Positions 13,613-24,430 of a DNA stretch of 64,000 bases are shown here, piece by piece. Source of the DNA: Selaginella moellendorffii (taxonomy: Eukaryota; Plantae; Lycopodiophyta). The position numbers were made by a program, and so were the translations under genes. Positions within the stretch are counted from its first letter, which is position 1. Every line of letters starts with the position of its first letter. The notes beneath the pieces are model-generated. The model made no database searches, was not told where the DNA came from, and saw nothing but the letters and a program-made list of their open reading frames with translations. The stretch covers positions 818,470 through 882,469 of the forward strand of contig NW_003314340.1 in the NCBI RefSeq assembly GCF_000143415.4, written 5' to 3'.

Positions 13613-14811
13613 GAAACGTTGTTATATGAGCCATCAGAATTGTTGGTTGGCTGGCTGGCTGGATTGGATCGAAGGGAACCAACAAATTTTGGGGAAGAAG
13701 AGGGCGAGAAGCCATGAATAACTGTGAATTGATCGACCCCATGGATCGATCTGGAGAAAGATTGATGGAGAAAGAGATTCAAGCTACATTCATGAATGTT
13801 TCTCATTCAGTGTGGGTACAAGCGTGGTTTTTGTCTGTTTTTCGCGTGGGCGTGTTTGTATATAGAACAAAGTAGAAGAATTGTTCATGGATGTCCTCTA
13901 TTCAGCTGAGTATCCAGCACCACCACCGTATTGACTTTGAAGGCAAAATTATAATATACTATTTGATCAAGAGACAAAGTTTAGAGGTAAGAACAGGAAA
14001 AAAAAAACGCAGGGGGCGCTTTTGTTCACATTTGATAAAAAGGTATAGTTTCCGCGGGTTGGAAGTATGCACGCAATTCCCTCAATACCAATGAAACCGA
14101 CACCAAAACTAATTTAGAATTTCTACTTCAGAGAGAAAACATTAAGGGTACAAAAGTAATAAATAAAAATAATAATAAACAAACCAGCGTGAATTATGCT
14201 CCAATCATATGGCTGCGGCGCAGTCAAGTTTACTCCAATCCAATGCGTCTCTCCAAGTTAGAACATTTCTAGCTAAGCATGCTTTAGTTAATATAATCTG
14301 TAGTTTAACCAGATAAAAATAATGAGAGGATAAGAGTAAAGAAAATATTCCATTGAATTAAAAATTCATCAAAGTCCGAGTCAAATAAATTGTTACTTGT
14401 GTAGGTTGAGGGCTCATTTCCAAGAAACACTGGTGAGTGAGAAGTGCTCCTACTTCGAGCAGCCATTCTTTCTCCTGTTTCGATATAGTCTTCTCTCACA
14501 CACTCCATCATCACAGTGCGCACGAACACATCGAGAAAAGATAGAATTAGGATCAATCAATCAATCGCGGCGTCAATCATAGTTTGTCCACTGCAGGACC
14601 AGGGCCGCGAGAAGAAAAAGAGAAGAACGAAAAAGGGGGGCTGGGATTCGGGAAGAGCTCGAGCTTTGATTGAGTTGAATTCCATTGGCGGTGGTGTCGC
14701 TAGCAAAAGCTTCGATCAATCTCGAGGCTCACGTTCGGCTTTGGAGGGAAGAAGAGAAGGAGAAGAGGAAGTTTGTTTTGGGTCGTCATTCGAGAGGGAT
14801 TTGTTCTGAGC

Positions 14812-16444
14812 ATGAGCGCCATGGTGGTGCAGCAGCAGCAGCAGCAGCAAGGAAGCAATCGATCCAGGCCTCCTCCAAACATTTGGCTTCCACCGGGATT
14901 CCGGTTCCATCCTACCGACAACGAGCTCATCACCTTCTACCTCGTCAAGAAGGTCGTCAACACAAAATTCGTGGCGCACGCCATCGCCGAGGTCGATCTC
15001 AACAAGTTCGAGCCATGGGATCTACCCGGTAAGGAGGAACTCTCTCATCTTCTCTCGCATTCGCTTCTATCATTTCCTCTCACTCTCTCGACGTTCTTGG
15101 GCTTGAATTTGCTGCATTGCATTCATGGCATTCCAAGGAACTTGGAATCGATCACTTGGGTCGAGTTGCCTGGACGAAATTCCTCTAAAAATCTCTCCTT
15201 TGTTCTTTTTTCTTTCCCGGCAGAGAAAGCAAACATGGGAGAGAAGGAATGGTACTTCTTTAGCTTGAGGGACCGTAAGTACCCGACGGGGATGCGTACG
15301 AATCGGGCAACCGAGGCCGGCTACTGGAAAGCAACCGGCAAAGATCGAGATGTCCGAGGAGGAGGAGGATCCAACGTCAACAACAGCAACAGCAATGGAT
15401 CCGGAACTTCTCTCGTGGGCATGAAGAAAACGCTGGTTTTCTACCGGGGCCGCGCTCCCCGGGGCGAGAAAACCAATTGGGTCATGCACGAGTATCGGTT
15501 GGAAGGCAAGACCGCCTACTTGTATGGATCCAGAGCCGCCAAGGTGAGTAATTTCTCGCGCCAATACCTAATGCTCTGTTTTTTTAAGCGTGTTCTTCGT
15601 GTGTTCTTCGTGTGTTCTTCGTGTGTTCTTCGTTCGTGTTCTTCGCTTGTTCTTCGTGCGTTCTCGTGTTCTTCCTTTCTTTGTTCTTTGTTCTTTCGTG
15701 TTCTTCCTTTGTTCTTCGTTTGTTCGATGAATCATGGGATTGACTTCTCTTTTGTCTGAATCCCAGGAGGAATGGGTGGTGTGTCGGATCTTCCAAAAGA
15801 AGGCCTTGGCCGCCGCCAAGCTGAGGGCATTGTCCGAGGACAACGCCGCCACCACCACCGGCGCGGCACACGACTCGGACGATCACGAGGTTCCTTGCTC
15901 GCCCAGCGCCGCCACCGCCAAGCCCGAGCTGGACGATCACTTGTCTTGCATTTCCGGCGTCGACGATCAGCAGCAGCAGCACCAGTGCTCCAAGAACTTC
16001 CCCGGCCTCTACAGCACGGGAGACTTTGCCAAGCTCTTCGATCCCGAGTTCCTCCCGCCGCTACGATCATCCCAGGTGAGCCCCTACGCCACCAACGCGA
16101 GCTCGTGCTATAGCAACAAGGGATCGTCCTTGACAAAGTCGTGCAAGAGCGAGCCTTACGCCGCCGCCATCCCGCCGCCTCTCGCCGACATTAGCAGCCC
16201 CAGCGCCGCCGCCGCATACAACGCGTTTGCGGGCTTCGTGGGCGATCACGCAGCTCTAAACTTCTCCTCCTCGTCCTCCTTCGATTCATCACACTCCACC
16301 TCCCAGCAGCAGCAGCCATTCTTCCAGCAGCATTCCGCCGCCACTGCTGATCAAGGCTTCATCAACGAGTTCCTCTTTAGCCGCTTCCTGGCCGACCCAT
16401 CGTCCTCGAGCTCCTCGGATTTGGACCAGCTCTACGCGTTCTAA
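14812..16444 (+). CDS. NAC transcription factor of the CUC/NAM-like clade (3 exons)
   Basis: Exons 14812-15028, 15224-15543 and 15767-16444 encode [84 protein letters not shown] and [11 protein letters not shown]. Confidence 0.97.
15589..15725. repeat. (GTGTTCTTC)n-type minisatellite in NAC intron 2
   Basis: Repeated TGTTCTTCG units are directly visible. Confidence 0.85.
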
Positions 16445-17388
16445 TCTGACAAGACGAACCAACAACAACATCGACAGATCTCCAGGTCGTCTTTCCTTCC
16501 ATCAAAGGTTGGTGTACAGATTGTTTTCCCAGGTGATCTAGCAGCTCAAAAACTATCATACGTGAATTATATCAGATACATAGAAGACTGTACATGACAA
16601 AGATCAGGGTATAGTGATCGTATTCATACGAGGTGGCTTTCAGATACAATCACAGACAATGATCTTAGAGACAGGAAACTATTCATGTTCTTTCAATTCA
16701 GCTTCCAGATAATGAACAAGCTTATCCATTTGCCAAAGCTTGTAGATTATAAAACAATACTATCAAAGGCTGCGCAGCTATCAAGTCTTTGAGTCAGTAA
16801 GATACCATTCGAGACTGCTGCGCTTGTTTGTAGCTGGAAAATCTGGAGGAAGAACCAAAAAGAACTGGAGAGAAGAAACACGTTGCGATTCCGGGTTGGG
16901 TGGAGGGAAGCTACCTCATAACTGAGCAGTGTTGTGTTTGTGTCAAACTTCTCTCCTCCAGTGCTGGCGCTTTGCATTGGCGCCAAGGATTGAGGAGATG
17001 ACGAGTTTGTCTTACGACAGCATCAGCTCGATACCCCGCGCTCATCTTCTAGACCTGAGATCATCCGCGAGAGTTAAAGTAAAAAACGTAACTTGCCAAA
17101 TACCTTTGTTTTTAGCGAGCATTAGCCTCCAACGTGGGACCTGCCCGAGCAAGTCGGCTAGCTGTGCGTTTCCCAGAAAACCAAATCCTTTTTTGTTCTC
17201 CCACCTAGAAAACACAGATCCAGTCATTCTCACCACCGCTTGATTGGATTTCAACAGTATCGAAGGAATCCAAATCAGCGCAATGCTGTAAAGCAACCGA
17301 CTGCACAGGAGAGGCTCACAATCTATAGTCACTTCCATTTTAAAGTCAAAGATAAAATGTACCAAAACTTTTTACGTCGCCTCCTTGT

Positions 17389-19138
17389 CTAATGGACAAC
17401 TTGGCCTTGGAGAGCCACTGGTACACCGTTTGTAGCTCTTGCATTCTCCACACTTCTTGTCACATTCCAAATATTTTCCTAAAAAAAAAGAAAAAAACTT
17501 GTTAGAGGTCCCTGTACTGGATCTGAAAGAGGAATACCTTCCAAACCGCCAGCTTCGCCCGGAGCTCTTTCCATTGCGTGGGGCCGAACACCCTCTCCGT
17601 GCAGCGGCTGCATTCGAAAAATCTGTGTAGTCAGTCCGCTGTAGCAATCACTAAAAAAGTGACCTTATGACAACATGTTGATGCATTTGATCCATTTTTG
17701 CATCCAACATCTTCGTTGCTATTCCCTTGACGATCCAATATTCGACTTCATCATCTCCGACCTGGCGGGTTTTGTTTCGTACTGATTTCATTCGACAAGA
17801 AAAGGACAAAGGAAAAAATGCTTACCTTTAATGCATCCTTGATCGTTACATAAGGGATTTCCCGCGAGGCTTTGGAGGCAAGCCCGGCCAGTGACATAAG
17901 TCGCATCTTTGTGATGCACTCCTCATGCACCAATCCTGCGCATGCCGCCTAGTCAGAACAAATACGTGACCAAGGCTGAATCATACCGTAGTTTTTAAAC
18001 AGATTTGGATTGGAGGCTTGAAACTCTAGATATGCATCCAGGCGAGAAGTCAAAAAGATCTCAAGAAGCCGATAAACTGGGGCATACTTGGAATCCTTTT
18101 CAAGCTGACAAACAGCTGCCATGTCTAGCAGGTCACACTGAAACACCAAAGTTTAGAGAAAGGAGATGAGACGAAAGTAGTAAGAGAAAACCTGGAACAT
18201 GTCTGGTGCTTTCACAAACTCAATGATTGCTCTCACAGCTTCCTCCTTCGCTTCTCCAAGGGTCTGATTGTCCTCTCCAGAAAATGTAGCCAGGTACTTC
18301 AGCAAGAAGCTGAAAGAGTCTTTCGCAGAGCTGCAAAACAGAAACGCGTTTGAGGAGAAAATGCGCTTAGAACAAAGTGCCAGTGTCATACCTTTTACCA
18401 TCTTTCAAGATATTCGTGATGGCAAGAAACAGTTTTCTCTTCTCTGCCTTGGCGATGTTCCACTCTTTTAAGAACGCATCCATCCGCTTGAAAGACGGGG
18501 TCACCAGCTCTGTGACTTTTCCATTAACAGCAAAATCCACAGCTCTCTTGAATGTAAGGAAACGTCCATACGGATTGTCAAGAACGTTGTATAAGTTGAA
18601 AAGACTGTTCAAAAGAAAAAAAGAAGAAAGAAGAAACCATTAGCACGAATGCTCTAATCGAACAGGAGCTTACATTCTCAAACGAAGTGCCGGCTTATCA
18701 GTTACATTCGGTGTAACTTTCGAAGCAATCTGATCAGCCATCGCGAGAGCCTCATCTGGACTCCTGGCCTTGGACACTAGATTCGTTATCACAGAGAACA
18801 CAGCCTCGGAATCTAGACAGACAAAGGAAACTCCTTTAACTCCAACAAAATACAAAGAACGATCAAACCTTTCTCGGGAGTGTTGCTCAAAACCATCTCC
18901 GACGACGTCAAGAGCAACGACACAAGCTCCGACCACCGATTCTCCACGGCCAGATTCTCAGCCTCCTCGCAAATGCGGGAGATCTCAGCCTCCGCGACCT
19001 AGAGAAGAAATTTCCTGAGCAGGAAGACAAAGATCAGCCACTTACATCAGCGCCAGCTTTGGCCCACGCGACATCAGCTGTGAATCGCGCCACGGCGAGC
19101 ACCGGATCCTCCTCGCCAGTCTCCACGAGCGTCGTCAT
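17389..19138 (-). CDS. eIF3M: Translation initiation factor 3 subunit M (PCI domain), multi-exon
   Basis: Starts MTTLVETGEEDPVLAVARFTADVAW; contains LFNLYNVLDNPYGRF, AKEEAVRAIIEFVKAPDMFQ, CITKMRLMSL, EVEYWIVKGI..KMDQMHQHVVI and RVFGPTQWKELRAKLAVWK. Confidence 0.95.
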
Positions 19139-19294
19139 GCTGGGCGACTAGGGCTAAAGTGAATATTCCTTCCCCATAAACCCTAGTTTTAAACCAGAGA
19201 ATATGCCAAGGCAATGCGTCAGGGGTTCGATCCTCGTTATGAAACCCTAAAATGGGGCTAGAGTAGAAGCAGGGATTTGGGGAGGGAGGGAGCG
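19139..19294. promoter_or_regulatory. Putative bidirectional promoter between eIF3m and DCP1 with two telo-boxes
   Basis: 156 bp between divergent ATGs; AAACCCTAG at 19178-19186 and AAACCCTAA at 19242-19250. Confidence 0.65.
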
Positions 19295-20823
19295 ATGGCG
19301 ATGGGGCAGAGCGCCAAACCAATGCCGCAGCTTGATCAGCAGAGCACCAAGGAGCTCAATCTCACTGTGCTCCAGCGCATGGACAAGCACGTCGAGGACA
19401 TTCTCACCACCGCGGGTCACGTTACCTTCTACGAGTTCAGCATGGACCTCAATCAGTGGGTAAGGGCCTGGGCTTGGAATTCTGGGCGAGGGGTTTGGAT
19501 CCTTTGCTGGATTTTGAGGCGCTAATGCTCGATCCTATCGTTATTCGCAGAGTCGAAAGGATGTAGAGGGGTCATTGTTCGTTGTGAAAAGGCAAGGATG
19601 GATCTTGTGGTGTGGTTTGTTTTTATTCTGTGTTCTTGGTGATCTAGGCGGATGCAGCCCAGGTTCCAGTTCATTGTCATGAATCGCAGGAGCACAGGTA
19701 AGAGTGATTGCAACTTTCTCTCTTTGTTTTTCTTAGACGCTAAAAAACTCTTCCTTGCTGGATTTGTTTTGACGCGTTGGTGACTGTGCCTGTCAGAGAA
19801 CTTGGTCGAGGATCTCCTCAGCAATTTCGAGTACGAGGTCCAGGTGCCTTACTTGCTCTACCGAAATGCAGCGCAAGAGGTTAACGGGATCTGGTTCTAC
19901 AATCCACGGGAGTGTGAAGAAGTTGCCAAGCTATTCTCGAGGTTTGTTATTTTCTCTTTTTTTTTTCTCTTGAAACGCTGAAAGTCTGATTTTGGTGCGA
20001 TCTACAGGATACTCAACGCCTTCTCGAAAATTCCTCCAAAGCCAAAGCTGATCAGCCAGCCGAGGTTGTAGTAGATCTCTTCTCATCTTCCTGACTGGAT
20101 TTGACATGGTGTGCTTACTGAAGCGTGCAGTAATGAATTTCAAGAGCTAGAGGCAGTTCCGACAGCGGCCATTGTGGAGGGACCACTGGAACCAGCAAGC
20201 GCCGTTCCAGAAGAACCACTGGAGCGGTTTTTTAACGTAAGCCCATCTTCCAGTCTCACATCTAACAAACATTTCTTTCTCTTTCTGTTTTTTTTCTCTG
20301 CTTTACAGAATGCTTTACAGCTGAATGTGGATCCTCCACCACCATCTTCTCGGCCTCCAGTCGCGACAGTTCCCATTATCCGTTCGACCGTACCACCATC
20401 TTCCAATGTAGCACCCGTCGTTCCACCCCCGGTCGCGAGCGTCCCAGCCATTACGACTGTGACTCCAGAGCCAGCCGAAGGAACTCCCGTTTTGGTGAAG
20501 CCATCCTTCTTCATGACGCCTCCAGCGTCCACGGTTCTCGCTCCTCCTCCTCCTCCTGTTCTTCAACCATCGCATGGTGCGCCTTTCCTCCAACCATTTC
20601 CACCGCCAGCTCCACCTCCATCGCTTGCTCCAGTTTCCGCGACTTTGATCACGAGGGAGGGAGTTCGGGATGCCCTCTCGCGGCTCGTTCAGGTAGATTA
20701 AAGTTGTCTTTGTTTGTTGATGGTGTTCTTACTTTCTTGTTTTGGTTTTGGTCTTTGTTTGAGCAGACTGATCAGTTTATCGACCTGATATACCGTGAGA
20801 TGCTCAATGCACACACCAAGTAG
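19295..20823 (+). CDS. DCP1: mRNA decapping activator DCP1 (EVH1 domain, Pro-rich linker, trimerisation helix)
   Basis: MAMGQSAKPMPQLDQQSTKELNLTVLQRMD...SRKDVEGSLFVVKR..QPRFQFIVMNRRS..ENLVEDLL..YLLYRNAAQEVNGIWFYN; C-terminus ITREGVRDALSRLVQTDQFIDLIYREMLNAH. Confidence 0.96.
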
Positions 20824-21800
20824 TGTGCCGTATGGTTTGTGTTTATATATGTGTATTCTGCTTGTTCAATTTTCCCTGTTAAGATTATCCTACCTGTTTC
20901 CTTTCTTCTTCTCGTTCTTTGTACAATGCACAATGTCTCGAGTGCCGTGTCCTCGTCCCTTGACAAAGCGGGAACAGGTACATTCTCAAAGTAAAGTAAA
21001 CAGACTTTAGAAGTTGCTAACAAGCGTTTCTTCCTCGCAGTTTAGAGCTACAATGCGTGAAAGGAGAGCGAGGAGCCTAACGAAAGAAAGATCGCAAAGA
21101 GAAAAAAGTCGCAAGGATTTCAGGTGAGCAAAGTAGCTCCTAGGGGGAGCATTTTCTCGCGGAGTTTTTTGACTGCTAATGGACAGGGAGAAAGCGCCGA
21201 GTGCAAGGATCTAGGCCGTTGCTTTGGTGGGGGTGGCTATGGAGGAGGAGGAGGAGAGCGCAATATTTAGCGAAGAAAGGCAAGAGCACATGCCGTCTCT
21301 TTGTTTGTTGCTCCTGACACTGTACATTGATCTGTCCCCTTCAGATTCGAAAGCGGTGGTGGGATGGATCCAAATCCGCTCGCTCTTTGGCAGGGAAAAC
21401 GCAAAAAGAAAGGGACACTTTCCAGTCGAGCGACCCCGCAAAATCCACGAACGTCGTTCGTTGCGCTCCAGCCAGCCTCGGATCTACCAAAGAATCAGCT
21501 ACATGATCATGGGAGGCTCGAGATGATCGAAGAGAGAAGACAACTGCGAATCTCTGATGGGGCCGGAAAATTGTCCCTTTTTTCTCGCTCAATTATGCTG
21601 CGCAATTCATGGCGCGTTTTGGACCAACTTTTATTCACATTGAAAGATTGCTCGCTCTCGCCATGATCACAGAAGCTCTCGCCATGATCATAGAAACGGT
21701 AGCAAAGGAAACTAAAAGAGGCTCTATCGTTTTGAATTGTAGAAGCTATAGAACACAGCCCCCGTGCCCGATCGATCGCGATCCCGCTCGAACCAGTGGG

Positions 21801-22355
21801 TCACCAGAGCACCCAATTCAGAGCTGCAGCGACCCACAAGCCCAGAATCGCGAAACTCGCCATGGAGCTCGCGGGAATTCGCGGCGGCGTGGAGGAGGAG
21901 TAGCCATTCTGGACCTTGATGTAGGCGGTGATGGTGTCGCGGTTGCGCACGGGGATGAAGGGGATGCTCTGGACGGGAATGTAGTCGTGGTACTGGTAGC
22001 AGGAGGAGGTGGGCGCATCAAACACGACCGCGGAGCAGGAGCAATCGGTGGTGCACGAGTCGAGGCAGTCGGCGGGCGAGCAAACCGTTGGAGCCTTGGA
22101 GGTGATGTTGAAGTACGTGACATAGGCGATGTGGAGATACGTGAAGGCCTTGCCGGTGTCGAAGATGCACGAGTAATTGTGATCCCATTTCCCCTCCAGC
22201 GACACCCCTGCTGCGGCTGGAGTCGCGGATTTGCTGCTTGGTTCTTCCGGGAGGATCCTCGCCTGACCCAGAGCTCTTCCAGAGGCTTGGAGCGCCGAGA
22301 ATTTCCAGAGGATGAGAAGGGAGAGGAAGAATTTCGATCTGGCGGTGGTGGTCAT
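21801..22355 (-). CDS. Small secreted PAN/apple-domain protein with a C-terminal hydrophobic, GPI-anchor-like tail
   Basis: 184-aa intronless ORF with a signal peptide, the PAN-like pattern CSPADCLDSCTTDCSCSAVVF..SSCYQY..AYIKVQ, an S/P/T linker and the terminal ASSMASFAILGLWVAAALNWVLW*. Confidence 0.75.
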   Translation of the reverse strand: MTTTARSKFFLSLLILWKFSALQASGRALGQARILPEEPSSKSATPAAAGVSLEGKWDHNYSCIFDTGKAFTYLHIAYVTYFNITSKAPTVCSPADCLDSCTTDCSCSAVVFDAPTSSCYQYHDYIPVQSIPFIPVRNRDTITAYIKVQNGYSSSTPPRIPASSMASFAILGLWVAAALNWVLW

Positions 22356-23797
22356 GGATGGATCCTTGGTCTGATCTATCTACACTTGTCACTACTGCTT
22401 CGAGTGTTTCTATCTATCCGTGCGAGGAGAGGAGAAATTCTCACGCTATTCTTGCAATTGACGTCGCCATTCGAGGGAGGGAGAGCGAGAGAGGAGAAGG
22501 GGGCAGGAAAAATTCAAGCGATGGCAGAGGGGTGTAGGTAATGCCCGATTTGAGGAAGCGATTAGAACATAAATTTAATCAAGTGGAAAACGTACGTAGA
22601 AAATGGCCGTTGCTTTTTATGAATGGATGACGTGTACAACGATGTACAACGTGCAGTCCATGTCACTGCACCTGGTCACCACGCGGAGATTTAGTCTGCA
22701 TCTTCTCCAACTTTTCAATTTCAATTCTTTTCACCTTATCATGCACAATTAAAAAGAAAAGCTTCTTCTTCTTTGTTAGCAGCATCCTGTTCTGTGCAAA
22801 TCTGGAGAGCAAGCAAGTATTAGCAAATATCATGTTTACCTCCACAGCGCTCCATCCCTCTCCTACATAATAAACAGTAGAATTAACCACCACTTATAAA
22901 CAATTGCAAACATCATTGCTAAGATATATAATTCATACCACCCAAAGAGTGCAAACAGTCTATATTTGCCCAAAATATCCTGAATCTGTCATGTGGCTTT
23001 CATAGTCTAAGTTCTTTCAAGAAATGCAGAAGTAACTATAGTAGGGGAGGCTAAGCAAATCGAAGGCTATTGTCTGATTCATTTATGTTGAAAGTTTAGT
23101 AATTAATTTCTTTTGTGATTTTTTAACCTAATGTGATGATTATTGATTTTTTCAATTTTGGGATGGACTCATTCATCAACAGTTTGTGACGATAGTCATG
23201 AATACAAAAGCTTTGTGAGGTTTAAGAATCTTGTATTTGTATGTATTTAATGGTGAAATGTAATTATGTGTTGTCAAAGTGTGGCATAACACCCTAGCAA
23301 TAAAGCACTTTCCACAAGATATTAGAATTGATTTAACAATAATTTTGGTAATCCCATATGCTCAAATATGCTGAAAACTTTATTTGTACCCATGATATAT
23401 GTTAGAAAATTAAAATGTCATGATATGCTTCAAACTAAAATGTTGTGACATACTTTTTTTTGTACTTGTCCAACCTTTTCTTTTTACTCTAAGGCCTTAA
23501 ATTTTTATTTTTATGAATTTCTTTATTGATCTTTCACCTTGAGGATTTCACACTGTTTTTATTGTGGTTATTCTTGTTATGGCCGACTCATTTTTCAAAA
23601 TCTTTTTGAGGATTTGATAATGTTTTTTTATTGTGGTCGATTAATTTAAAATGGCACATTTTCTTGCCAATGTCATAAAACAATTGATAGAGAACAACTA
23701 ACTTAACTTATTTATAAAGAGATCATAAGTATTACAAATCCAATACCAAAGGTAAGCAAAACGCTCTTCCTTGATCACTTGGAAAAGTGATTTTTGG

Positions 23798-23961
23798 ATT
23801 TGCTTCATGATCAATGGCCACACTTCAATTTGGTGCTCATCAAGGCACTCTCTTTCCACATCACCACCAGCAATGGCAAGATTGTCATTGCCTACAATGC
23901 CGCATCTGGGAACTGGCAATGGAGAACTTACACTGACAACATCGCCTCACAGTACTACTGA
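23798..23961 (+). pseudogene. Alpha-expansin 3-prime fragment, frameshifted and internally deleted
   Basis: Reads ICFMINGH/fs/FNLVLI fused to ALSFHITTSNGKIVIAYNAASGNWQ..RTYT..*, matching EXPA IRFTINGHSYFNLVLI and QSLSF.VTTS.G..V.SYN.AP..WQFG.T; the intervening TNVGG..NWGQNW segment is missing. Confidence 0.8.
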
Positions 23962-24009
23962 TCATGTTCCATGCAATCCTGTCCCTTGCCAGCATCAAGT
24001 GGAAGATCA

Positions 24010-24430
24010 CTAGCACTTTCTGATGCCCAGCACGGGCAAATATGGCGAACAATGCGGTCTAGAAGACACGATTGTGCTGGGGCATCAGGTCGAACAAAGA
24101 GTTGGACTCTCATAGCTCTCCGTGCTGCATGCTCGCCGTCAAGACTGCATTCCAGGAGACCAGGTTGCGATCAGGCACGGCATAGAAGATCTCTTTGGCA
24201 TTTACAAGATGCCTCTTAGCGGCAAGTGCTGTAACCACTGTGTTCCACACTAAGAGATCGTGCTCCAGCATGCGATCAAAACAATTTTATGCTTCGGAAA
24301 ATTTCCCGCATTGACAGTACGCAGCTAGCATGGCAGTCCGCGAAACAATGTTCCTCTGCGGCATATCGTTTTTGCTTCTGCAAATTGCCTGAGGTTGGCA
24401 TATGCTGCAAAGATGGCGGTCCACGACAAC
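24010..24430 (-). pseudogene. PPR (SS-motif) pseudogene fragment on the minus strand
   Basis: Minus strand reads LSWTAIFAAYAN..., MPQRNIVSRTAMLAAYCQCGKFSEA*NCFDRMLEHDLLVWNTVVTALA..AKEIFYAVPDRNLVSWNAVLTA and LFDLMPQHN, with stops and frameshifts. Confidence 0.85.

Noticed and set aside
13663-13683. ATTGGATCGAAGGGAACCAAC resembles miR159/319
   Set aside because: The 3-prime end diverges from GAGCTC and no complementary star arm or long precursor stem is visible; only a short unrelated hairpin.
13063-13806. 247-aa minus-strand ORF with an ERERER tract
   Set aside because: Runs through a (GA)n microsatellite, with low-complexity composition and no domain; probably regulatory DNA.
21609-22541. 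310-aa plus-strand ORF
   Set aside because: Antisense shadow of the GC-rich PAN-domain gene, with a non-ATG start and no recognisable motifs.
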